Assembly: GCA_947478005.1 (NCBI GenBank)
Contig: CANJVG010000002.1
Coordinates: 5,463 to 69,462 of the forward strand
DNA: 64,000 nt
Origin: Bacteroidota bacterium
Lineage (GTDB): Bacteria; Bacteroidota; Bacteroidia; Chitinophagales; LD1
Direction: 5' to 3'
The notes below the pieces were generated by a model. It saw only the letters and a list, made by a program, of their open reading frames with translations, did not search any database and was not told the DNA's origin. Both the position numbers and the translations under genes were made by a program. Within the stretch, counting starts at the first letter, position 1. Each line of letters starts with the position of its first letter. Of the stretch, positions 40,175 through 48,303 are shown one piece after another.

Positions 40175-40703
40175 CGCCCTCCACGCAATAGTTTGTCATT
40201 CTGAACGAGGCTCCGCGAGTGAAGAACCTTGTATTTTGCATTCGGCTGTTTGATTTTCCCCTCTCGAGAGGGGTGGCAAAATTCCGCTCCGGGAATTTTG
40301 ACGGGGTGTGTTGCATTACCTAACATTGTCCCCAGTCTCTGCCTCACCACTCTGCGCTTGGTTAGCGCTTCACTCGCGCAGGGTTCGAGGCGAAACACTG
40401 CGGGGACTGATATGTATAAAACAAAAAGGAGAGCCGCCTCGCGATTCTCCTTTTCAAAGATCCGTCCTTGTGGAGGGGACGAGCCAGTATCAAAACATTT
40501 TGACAAAAAATCACATTAGTTATCCTAACTTATGGAACTTGTTATCCGCAACTTTTGGAAGGTTGCAAACTATTTAGTCAAACTTTTAATTGTTTTCAAA
40601 CACGAATATATGCTCTCCAATCTAAAAGACAGCATTGATTTTCCACATTTATGTGTTAGATACAAACGGATTATCAGTCGTTTGCGTTTGAAGGACTTGG
40701 CAA

Positions 40704-40732
40704 CTTTTCGCTACTATCTCTAACCCAACAGC
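40704..40732 (+). repeat. direct repeat copy 2 (CTTTTCGCTACTATCTCTAACCCAACAGC)
   Basis: See copy 1. Confidence 0.7.
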
Positions 40733-40758
40733 TAATTCTGACGTTCAAGAATTCGATA

Positions 40759-41559
40759 CTATTTTTCCAACCCTTGTAAAATACAACCACCTTCTGGAAT
40801 TGTTATAGTTCCTCGCCAAGTCAATTGTTGCCCTACTTCTGACATAGCCATAAAACTATATGTCCCCGGTTTATAGGAAAGACTCAATGTTCCATCTTGA
40901 CCACATAAAGGAGCATCCTTCGGAAAATATCCTTCAAACGTTCCTAAGTATATTTCATTGAAATAAACTTTCAAGTTTCCTGGGTTTTTATAGTTCGTCC
41001 AAAAACTGACTTTCCCAGGGGTTTTGGGAGAAGAAGTGCTTACCGCAGGATTAAGAATGTCTTCTATAAAATAAACATCCAGAAAATCACTTTCTTCATT
41101 ACCGTCACTAATTACTTTAATTAAAGTTTTACCATTGGTTATTGAACCAGCGAATGTTACTTTTCTCTCAATCCAGTCATCTTTAAAATATTTGGTTATT
41201 TGATTGTTTGACACAAAAACCTTTCTGTCTTCGCAATAATCATAATTGTCCATAACAACGACATTGTGCCAACCATCACCTAACCTTTCAGGATACTTTG
41301 ATACAGAGCTATAGTAGGATTTTATCTGTTGCATTTTTGCTTTGGTTCTTTGTTTTTCATTTTCTCTTTCGCGCTCAGCCTGAACTCGTTCTTGTTCCCA
41401 TTGGGCTTGTTTAATTTCAAGTGCTTTCATATTGGCATCATAGTATCTGTTAATCCCACTAACATCAAGCCTTGGAGGTGGCGTTAAATTTGTAAAGCCG
41501 CCTTGTGAAAACCCATTTATCATTGTTACGCAAAGAAATATTGTAAGTAGTAGTCTCAT
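40759..41559 (-). CDS. hypothetical secreted protein
   Basis: 266 aa with a signal peptide MRLLLTIFLCVTMINGFSQ. A charged coiled-coil-like stretch (QAQWEQERVQAERERENEKQRTKAK) is followed by a beta-rich domain. Confidence 0.55.
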   Translation of the reverse strand: MRLLLTIFLCVTMINGFSQGGFTNLTPPPRLDVSGINRYYDANMKALEIKQAQWEQERVQAERERENEKQRTKAKMQQIKSYYSSVSKYPERLGDGWHNVVVMDNYDYCEDRKVFVSNNQITKYFKDDWIERKVTFAGSITNGKTLIKVISDGNEESDFLDVYFIEDILNPAVSTSSPKTPGKVSFWTNYKNPGNLKVYFNEIYLGTFEGYFPKDAPLCGQDGTLSLSYKPGTYSFMAMSEVGQQLTWRGTITIPEGGCILQGLEK

Positions 41560-41673
41560 GTTTCAAAATTAATAATCAGAAACAAATGAAGTCGGCTTGA
41601 TAACGAATGCAAGGATTCCCTTCTATAAAAAATAGACCAGCAACATCCTTTATCTATGCTTTCATTTCAATGA

Positions 41674-42039
41674 TTACCTTTCAAAGGTATTGCCCATATT
41701 GCTAGGGCACCTAAAGATTTTTTCACCAACCGAATGGCTTGAACCAGTGAATTCTATTTCCCCTAGGTTTGCAGTAATAATACTAGTTGGCTCTTTTGAG
41801 GCTTGAATAACAGCTAAACCAGTTGCGATGGCAAATACAATGATGGCTGTGAATATATATGCCACCAATTTAATGGCAGAATTTCTTAGGAGAAGCTGTG
41901 ATTTTGAAACTTTCTTTTGATATGGTAAAGAAGCATTTGCAAAAAGGGCATTACCAGTAAGATAAACCGGGTCGTTTTTTACCCAACCAGTATACGACTC
42001 ATTCCCACGGCTTACCTTAAATTGGATGTATTTTTTCAT
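41674..42039 (-). CDS. hypothetical single-TM protein
   Basis: 121 aa with one central hydrophobic helix (LVAYIFTAIIVFAIATGLAVI). ATGA overlap with the upstream ORF. Confidence 0.45.
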   Translation of the reverse strand: MKKYIQFKVSRGNESYTGWVKNDPVYLTGNALFANASLPYQKKVSKSQLLLRNSAIKLVAYIFTAIIVFAIATGLAVIQASKEPTSIITANLGEIEFTGSSHSVGEKIFRCPSNMGNTFER

Positions 42040-42263
42040 ACGGTGGTTTCTGCTTCGTCTTGCAATACCTCATCAAAAATAATCATCAAATCTAACCTTC
42101 CCCCCGTATTTCCCCCGGCCTTGTGAATTTTGGCGTTAAAAAAAATGTTCTGCTTACCGTTAAGAACTGCGCACTGTTTGAGCGCAACACAAACCTCACA
42201 CCTACGACAAATCATAACGCGCGAGTTTGCGCAGTTTAGGTAATCAGAACATTTTTTAGCCAA
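42036..42263 (-). CDS. hypothetical Cys-rich small protein (uncertain; TTG start)
   Basis: 75 codons. The ORF-track start is TTG, and an internal ATG exists (MICRRCEVC...). Seven Cys in the first 40 aa. The stop overlaps the next gene's start. Confidence 0.3.
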   Translation of the reverse strand: MAKKCSDYLNCANSRVMICRRCEVCVALKQCAVLNGKQNIFFNAKIHKAGGNTGGRLDLMIIFDEVLQDEAETTV

Positions 42264-42267
42264 AAGT

Positions 42268-42432
42268 CACACAGCCTTGAACTTTTGGTTCTTTTGGTTC
42301 AAGCCAAAAGAACGTTTACTATATAGAAAAACTGCCATTGCCAGTGTTTTAGCATAGCTTACCAAAACCTCACAGCCTTGATTTTTTGGTCCTTTTGCAT
42401 CAAGGCAAAAGGACAGAAACCAAATAGAAAAA
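42268..42432. other. two copies (103 bp apart) of a ~65-nt element with two interlocking stems and compensatory substitutions
   Basis: Minus-strand copy A: TTTTTCTAT..GTTCTTTTGG-CTTGAA-CCAAAAGAAC-CAAAAG-TTCAAGGCTGTG. Copy B: TTTTTCTAT..GTCCTTTTGC-CTTGAT-GCAAAAGGAC-CAAAAAA-ATCAAGGCTGTG. Confidence 0.6.
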
Positions 42433-42526
42433 CACACCCCACCTCTACACCAAACCCTTTTCAAAAAGCGAATTTTGCTGTCAAAAGAACAACCAATTTA
42501 ACAACCCCTCCAAAACACCCCCACTC

Positions 42527-42736
42527 GCGGTCATCCATCATTAGAGCGCGGTCATCGGTCATAATGGCGCAGTCACTCATCATTAAGCCGCGGTCATCGG
42601 TCATAATTTCGCGGTTATTCATCATTTAAGCGCGGTTTCCCATCATTTTCCCTCGGTCACCCATCATTTTAACAACTCCCTCCATCACTCCCCAGCGTCA
42701 CTTCATCATAATCCTACGGTCAACCATCATTAACCT
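42527..42736. repeat. array 3: exactly ten contiguous 21-bp units (210 bp), + strand consensus GCGGTCAnCCATCATTAAnnn
   Basis: gcggtcatccatcattagagc / gcggtcatcggtcataatggc / gcagtcactcatcattaagcc / gcggtcatcggtcataatttc / gcggttattcatcatttaagc / gcggtttcccatcattttccc / tcggtcacccatcattttaac / aactccctccatcactcccca / gcgtcacttcatcataatcct / acggtcaaccatcattaacct. No phase slip. Confidence 0.9.
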
Positions 42737-42743
42737 CCGGTAT

Positions 42744-42786
42744 AAAACAAAAATGCCGTTGCGTTCTTTCAAACCACAACGGCATT
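42744..42786 (-). terminator. rho-independent terminator of 42830..43564
   Basis: The minus strand reads AATGCCGTTG-tggtttgaaagaacg-CAACGGCATT followed by TTTTGTTTT. Confidence 0.75.
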
Positions 42787-42829
42787 CCGTCTTTTGTATT
42801 CAAGTCCCCTTTAGGGGATTTAGGGGTTT

Positions 42830-43564
42830 CTACTTTTTCTTCTTAGTAGGCTTTCTAAACTTAATCTTCGTCACCAACTTAGCCCTTGCCGAGCTAAACC
42901 CAGCCGCCCCCTGCACATAATCCTTACAAGCCGCAGCCCTCACCAACAATCCATCATTCTCATTATAAAGCACCCGATCCCGCTCAATTCTCGACACCTC
43001 CACAGGCGCTATTATAGTTCCAATATTATCATTCGCTGCCTTCATCGCCACCCACAACGTAGTCAACGTAGCCGTCTGCAACGGCACCTCATTCGGAGCA
43101 TAAAAACTATCCGATTTATACAACTCCACCAACTGCCCAAACGCATCCGCCTTCTGCACATAACTCTGATGGCTCGTGCTCACACTATTCGGGTCAGGCG
43201 TCCCGTCCGGCAACTTCTTCACCTTCACCCCAAACCCTCTAATCCTATCCGCCAACCCCTTTGCATCCTTCTTTACTTGTTTGCTGGCTTTTGTGCTATT
43301 AAAAATATTCAACGTCCTTGTCACCAGCTTATTCACCGGCTTATTCAAAATCTCCCGGTCATTAATCGGGTTCTTCGACTTCTGCAACGCCACCGTCAAA
43401 GTAGTATGAGCCGTGTCGCCCGCAGTCCATGCGGTCGTCATGTTCACAATCGTTAGGTCCGTGTTGCTCGGGTCATAATCTGCACCAAAAGCCGTGCAGG
43501 TATCAATCAGCAATTTAAAGTTTGAAATGTTTACAGCGTGTCCTGTTTCTGAAGTGCTAGCCAT
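42830..43564 (-). CDS. orphan family-C hypothetical protein
   Basis: 244 aa starting MASTSETGHAVNISNFKLLIDTC..., with a basic tail KFRKPTKKKK. It is monocistronic with its own terminator. The coding strand is strongly G-rich and C-poor (the + strand line at 43201-43260 has 30 C and 4 G). Confidence 0.65.
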   Translation of the reverse strand: MASTSETGHAVNISNFKLLIDTCTAFGADYDPSNTDLTIVNMTTAWTAGDTAHTTLTVALQKSKNPINDREILNKPVNKLVTRTLNIFNSTKASKQVKKDAKGLADRIRGFGVKVKKLPDGTPDPNSVSTSHQSYVQKADAFGQLVELYKSDSFYAPNEVPLQTATLTTLWVAMKAANDNIGTIIAPVEVSRIERDRVLYNENDGLLVRAAACKDYVQGAAGFSSARAKLVTKIKFRKPTKKKK

Positions 43565-43722
43565 TGTCTTAGTTTTTAGTTTAAAAAAATGATTCGTAAA
43601 AAAGTTAAGGTCTGTTCTTGTTTCTGTTTTGTGTTAGCGTGAACGAATGTTCAGTTTCTTATTTCAAAAAAATAAAAAATCCCTGAAATCACCAAACCCA
43701 AAATAATTCGTGTCATTCATGC

Positions 43723-43756
43723 CAAAAAAAATGCCCGATGAAATTCATCAGGCATT
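43723..43756 (-). terminator. rho-independent terminator of the amidase gene
   Basis: The minus strand reads AATGCCTGATGAAtttCATCGGGCATT followed by TTTTTTTT. Confidence 0.75.
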
Positions 43757-43783
43757 TTGTGTTCGCATTTACTGTTGTCTCTC

Positions 43784-45202
43784 TCATCCCCCATAAACAA
43801 ACCCCCACGGCCTGGCCGTTTCCAGTTCATAAGCCAGTTCAAGCAGGCGTTGGTCTAAACCAAAAGGTGCCGAAAACTGCACGGCTATCGGCATCCCGTT
43901 TTCGGTTTTGCCCATAGGCAGCGAAATAGCAGGCGAGCCGGTAATATTTTGCAGTCCGCAATAAGCCGCAAACTCTACCGCCCGCTTCGATACTTCGGCA
44001 TAAGAAAGCGTAGGCGAAAAGTGACCGATTGGAGGCGTAGTATGCGCCAGCACCGGGGTCATGATAATATCGTATTGGTCAAAAAGTTTTTCGGTATCGA
44101 CACCCACCTTCCGCAGCGTTTTAATACTGCGCGGCAGTTTCAATTTATTGTCCTTAAAATTTTGGCTCAGCCCCAGCGTAAATGGCTCGAGCACGGCATG
44201 GTTCACCTTAGCGCCTATCACCAACCGGCCGTGGTGGCTTAGCATATAAGCCAGAAAACCGTAGTAAAGCAGATAGTGTTCGGTCATGGTTTCTACATCA
44301 ATAGGCAGCGGCAACTGCACCACCGTGTGTCCAAGCGATTGCAGCAAAGCCACCGTTTCTAACTGCACGCGGTTCGTTTCGGCATCCTGATGTGCACCTT
44401 TGCCTGAAGGGGGATTTTCAAAAAACACAATGCGCAGTTTTTTCTTTCCGGCTTGTTTCACATGCCCTAACTCTGGCAGCTTCGCATTTTTGTAAAACTT
44501 TTCTGCCGAAGCAAAAAAGGCTGCGGTGTCTCGCACACTTCTTGTAAGCACCCCTTCATACACAATTTGCAGGGGCATCAGTTCCGAACCCTCCATGGCC
44601 ACCAAGCGTCCGCGCGTAGGTTTCAAACCAACAAGCCCGCAACACGCAGCGGGAATTCGGATAGAGCCCGCACCATCATTGGCAGAAGCTATCGGCACCA
44701 CACCACTCGCCACCAAGGCACCTGAACCGGAAGAAGAACCACCAGTGGTGTAATCCGTATTCCACGGATTGCGGGTAATGCCCCAGCGTTCGTTCTCGGT
44801 GCTGCATATCAAACCGAACTCGGGCAAAGTGCTTTTACCCAAATTGTTGGTTCCGGTAGAATGAAACTGGCTAACAAATCGGCTGCTCTTCTTAGCAATT
44901 TTTGACGTGAATGAACCCGTGCCCAACTGTGTAGGATAGCCCTCTATGTTTTCGTTGTCTTTTATAAAAGATGGCACACCATACAGCAGACCATCTTTGG
45001 CAAGCGAAGAATGTTTACGAGCATCATCGTAGGTTTTCAATACAATGGCATTCAACTCACCGTTTACTTTTTCAGCGCGGGCAATAGCCGCTTCGGTAGC
45101 TTCTTCCACCGATATTTTCTTTTTGGCAATGGCCTCCGCCACACCCACTGCATCCAAGTTTCCTAAAGCATCATCAGAAAATGCACTGATACGTTTGCTC
45201 AT
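43784..45202 (-). CDS. amidase-signature family amidase
   Basis: 472 aa with the amidase-signature sequence GGSSSGSGALVASG...ASANDGAGSIRIPAACCGLVGLKPTRG. Confidence 0.85.
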   Translation of the reverse strand: MSKRISAFSDDALGNLDAVGVAEAIAKKKISVEEATEAAIARAEKVNGELNAIVLKTYDDARKHSSLAKDGLLYGVPSFIKDNENIEGYPTQLGTGSFTSKIAKKSSRFVSQFHSTGTNNLGKSTLPEFGLICSTENERWGITRNPWNTDYTTGGSSSGSGALVASGVVPIASANDGAGSIRIPAACCGLVGLKPTRGRLVAMEGSELMPLQIVYEGVLTRSVRDTAAFFASAEKFYKNAKLPELGHVKQAGKKKLRIVFFENPPSGKGAHQDAETNRVQLETVALLQSLGHTVVQLPLPIDVETMTEHYLLYYGFLAYMLSHHGRLVIGAKVNHAVLEPFTLGLSQNFKDNKLKLPRSIKTLRKVGVDTEKLFDQYDIIMTPVLAHTTPPIGHFSPTLSYAEVSKRAVEFAAYCGLQNITGSPAISLPMGKTENGMPIAVQFSAPFGLDQRLLELAYELETARPWGFVYGG

Positions 45203-45283
45203 AATTTCTGTTTGTAAAAAGTCAACGGTTAAACGGCTTCAAAATTTTAAATCGCTCTGCAAAAAAACTTCTTCTTTGCAGAT

Positions 45284-46507
45284 ATGAATGAGAACCGCCC
45301 ATATTTATTTTTACTCCTCAGCTTTCTATCGTCTCTATCTTCTTTTGCGGTTGAAAAAACAGCTTCCGCTTCCATAACCGCCACGGTGGTTCAAACCGTT
45401 CCCAACTCCTTTCTTCAACTGCGGCTTAGCAACGATTCGGTTTCGAAGAATGATATACTGAATGAAGAAATAGTGGACATGGTAAAAGTAGATGAGCGCG
45501 ATAAGAAAGTTCCTACGCGCTATACCACGCATCAGGGAGGTTTCATTGGCGGATGGTTTATCCGCATGATTGGATTTTACTGGCACGCGGTGGACCGGCA
45601 GCGCCATAAATTTGTAGGCACCAACCGAAACGGCCTTTCTATGCCGGGCGAAAAAGATGAACTGACCGAACACGATATCAACTTCAATCTGATTCCGCAT
45701 TTGCCCAATTACCTAAACATGGTGTACGATACCCGTATAGCACAAACCAAACGCAGACAGTTTAGAAGAGCCGAAAACCAGGACAAAACTAAACCACCAT
45801 TTATTGCACCTACTTTAGAAACGGCTGAGGAATATGATTTGCACTGCGAACTAACCCCACCCAAAAGAATGCGCGACTCAGTGAACACATTGTTCTACCC
45901 CTGCATGCACGGCTACAATCTCGACAAACACCAGAATTTTTGCGACATGAAACCAACGGTGGGTATGTATGGTGTGCTGGTCTTGGACTGCAATCACTCC
46001 TGCCATCCCGAAATTCATCCTTACGAATGGTTGTGGTGGCTTCGCCTCACCGAAAGCGAAAAAGCAAAGAACAACTTCAACAAAGATTGGATGATTGGAT
46101 TCTTTAAAGAAAGCAGCAATCGTTTTGTGTTGTGGAGTTTGCCTCCGCGCGTGGGCACTATCACTGTTCCTTTCATTTTTAAAACTTCCGAAACCAAAAG
46201 CTATTTGCAGTTAAATCAACTCGTCACCGGCAGATTTCGCCCGAAAGGAATCAAGCGCATGAAAGAATTACCTGCAACCACTTCGGAATTTAATTTCAGC
46301 AACACAACACTCAATCTCAATTTAGGCAATGGCAAAACCTTTCCATTGCAACTGCGCACCAATGGAGTCACCAAAACTTCGGCACTTCGCTGGTGGGTAA
46401 GCGATGTTCACACCGATGCCGCCAACCAATGGGTATGGGGCTATTTCAATATGGTGGTTAGTGTAAGAGATGGCTACACAGCCAGGTTGGAAACCGTGGC
46501 GGAATAA
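45284..46507 (+). CDS. hypothetical secreted protein
   Basis: 407 aa with a signal peptide. Cys/His-rich central segment (CMHGYNLDKHQNFCD...LDCNHSCHPEIHPYEWLWW). No family recognised. Confidence 0.55.
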   Translation: MNENRPYLFLLLSFLSSLSSFAVEKTASASITATVVQTVPNSFLQLRLSNDSVSKNDILNEEIVDMVKVDERDKKVPTRYTTHQGGFIGGWFIRMIGFYWHAVDRQRHKFVGTNRNGLSMPGEKDELTEHDINFNLIPHLPNYLNMVYDTRIAQTKRRQFRRAENQDKTKPPFIAPTLETAEEYDLHCELTPPKRMRDSVNTLFYPCMHGYNLDKHQNFCDMKPTVGMYGVLVLDCNHSCHPEIHPYEWLWWLRLTESEKAKNNFNKDWMIGFFKESSNRFVLWSLPPRVGTITVPFIFKTSETKSYLQLNQLVTGRFRPKGIKRMKELPATTSEFNFSNTTLNLNLGNGKTFPLQLRTNGVTKTSALRWWVSDVHTDAANQWVWGYFNMVVSVRDGYTARLETVAE

Positions 46508-46558
46508 TTCCCTTTTTGCTAAGCACATTTATACATTTACTCAAAATGTATTCAAGCT

Positions 46559-48250
46559 ATGGAAACCAAAGAACTCCTCCATCAGTTAGCCGAAATTCAA
46601 TTTCGTTTTGATAAAAACACAGCCGAAAAAAAAATTGCAGCTATAGAAGAACTGCAAGAAAAGCGGTTCACACACAGCGATGAAATCACCGCCTTCCACG
46701 ATCGCCTGCTTTGCATCCTCGCCTTCCCCGAAAACAAAAAAGTATTTGATGCCGCAGAAAAGGCACTGCATCTGTTAGGTGAAAAAACACAGGCATTTCT
46801 CCTGACCGCGAACGAAGTGGAGCTATGGAAAATAACCGAATCCGCCATCGCCCACTCCACCATTTGCGCTTCGTTTAGTTACGAATTAATAAAGTGGCTG
46901 AACGAATATTATAAGGAAGACCTATCTTTTTCAAGCTGCGAGGCATCGAAAGAAATAATAAGCCATGTGTTTAAGCAGATACTTCCACCGGCCGTTGCCG
47001 AATCGCTTTTCGACAATCATGAACACACGTTGGAATCGTTGGCAAAAAAAGCCTGCGGCCAGTCAGAACTGACCGATGTGTTTCAATGGACACTAACACA
47101 GTTCCTTGCCTCTTCCGTAAGCGACAAATCGAAAGAACAGATCTTCGAGCAACTCTATATTTATATCAATTGGAAAACCAACGAATCATCCCCCACGCGC
47201 AGTTTTGCCCGCTCCAATACCCCGCAGAAATATTTTTTCCAATCATCGCAACTAATTCGCCATGCAGACATAAAGAAAGTTTTCACCGACAAAAAACTAC
47301 AACCCGTCTCGCTCAACAACGCGCAGAAAAAGAACCTTTGTGACCTTGCCAAAGGTGTTCTCTGTTCCACCTATCGCGAAATTGACCCAATCACCTATGC
47401 CGAAAACAACGACACTGAATTATACGATATGGGAAGGGGAATTACAATGGCACTTTATTTTATGCGCCCTCCTTTTCGCTTGTCCTGCGAAAGCTATGTT
47501 TCGTATATGGCATTTCGAAATGGGGTGCCTGTTTCCTACGGAGGTGGCTGGATGTTTTTTGACCGTGCAAAATTAGCAGGGAATATATTTCCTCCGTTTA
47601 GAGGGGGAGAATCCGCTTTATTGTTTGCTCAACTCTATCGCCTCTATCATCTGCGCTTCGGGGTCAATTGTTTTCAGGTGGACCCGTATCAAATTGGGGA
47701 AAAGAACCACGATGCTATTGCTTCGGGTGCATTTTGGTTTTACCATCGTTTCGGTTTCCGACCAACGAGCAAAGCGCTTCAGCAATTAGCCGAAGAAGAG
47801 TTTGTGAAAAGAACAGCTGATAAAAACTATCGCACTCCTGCTGGCGTGCTGCGTAAATTTGCAACCACCGAAATGCTTTTGAATTTATCGCCTGCCACCC
47901 ATGCGGCTCATCTGGAGGTCTTGAAACAAATGCAAACCCTGGTAGCGGAAGAATACCACGGAAACTTCAATGCCTATTTTCTTGCTTGTTTTTTCGAGTT
48001 GCAAAGATGCTGCAGACAAAGGAAGGTGACCTTACCCAAACACTTACAAGGTAATCCCATGGCTATGGAGCTTTGCGGCATAGTGGCTGTTTTCAGCAGC
48101 TTCACCGAATTCAATCAAAGAGAATTAAAGAAACTTGTTGCTGCACTGGAAGAAAAATCGTTTGGGAGTGAGCGAAAGTTTTTAGAACTGTTCGATAGTA
48201 TCAAAAAGCTAAAGAGACACGTTTACGGTTTCTGGGTATCTGAGAAATAA
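46559..48250 (+). CDS. hypothetical protein with possible GNAT-like C-terminal half
   Basis: 563 aa with a helical N-terminal half. The C-terminal GGGWMFFDRAKLAGNIFPPFRGGESALLFAQLYRLY...ASGAFWFYHRFGFRP resembles an acyltransferase-type beta-bulge/FY..GF motif. This is weak. Confidence 0.5.
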   Translation: METKELLHQLAEIQFRFDKNTAEKKIAAIEELQEKRFTHSDEITAFHDRLLCILAFPENKKVFDAAEKALHLLGEKTQAFLLTANEVELWKITESAIAHSTICASFSYELIKWLNEYYKEDLSFSSCEASKEIISHVFKQILPPAVAESLFDNHEHTLESLAKKACGQSELTDVFQWTLTQFLASSVSDKSKEQIFEQLYIYINWKTNESSPTRSFARSNTPQKYFFQSSQLIRHADIKKVFTDKKLQPVSLNNAQKKNLCDLAKGVLCSTYREIDPITYAENNDTELYDMGRGITMALYFMRPPFRLSCESYVSYMAFRNGVPVSYGGGWMFFDRAKLAGNIFPPFRGGESALLFAQLYRLYHLRFGVNCFQVDPYQIGEKNHDAIASGAFWFYHRFGFRPTSKALQQLAEEEFVKRTADKNYRTPAGVLRKFATTEMLLNLSPATHAAHLEVLKQMQTLVAEEYHGNFNAYFLACFFELQRCCRQRKVTLPKHLQGNPMAMELCGIVAVFSSFTEFNQRELKKLVAALEEKSFGSERKFLELFDSIKKLKRHVYGFWVSEK

Positions 48251-48285
48251 AAAATCCTCTTCTGAATTTCAGAAGAGGATTTCCT
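48251..48285. terminator. bidirectional terminator
   Basis: aaaAATCCTCTTCTGAattTCAGAAGAGGATTtcc forms a 13-bp perfect stem between convergent genes. Confidence 0.75.
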
Positions 48286-48303
48286 TTAGAACAATCAATC
48301 CAT

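Noticed and set aside
40101-40723. Five overlapping 60-115-aa ORFs on both strands in the GC-rich block
   Set aside because: They are mutually overlapping and have low-complexity Arg/Ser/Gly/Pro-rich translations. There is no start or RBS context and no family resemblance. The region is better explained as structured noncoding DNA.
42267-42629. ORFs 42267..42464 (-) and 42378..42629 (+) over the structured elements and array 3
   Set aside because: They overlap each other on opposite strands and translate repeats (HSRSSII RARSSVI MAQSLII ...). No family resemblance was seen.
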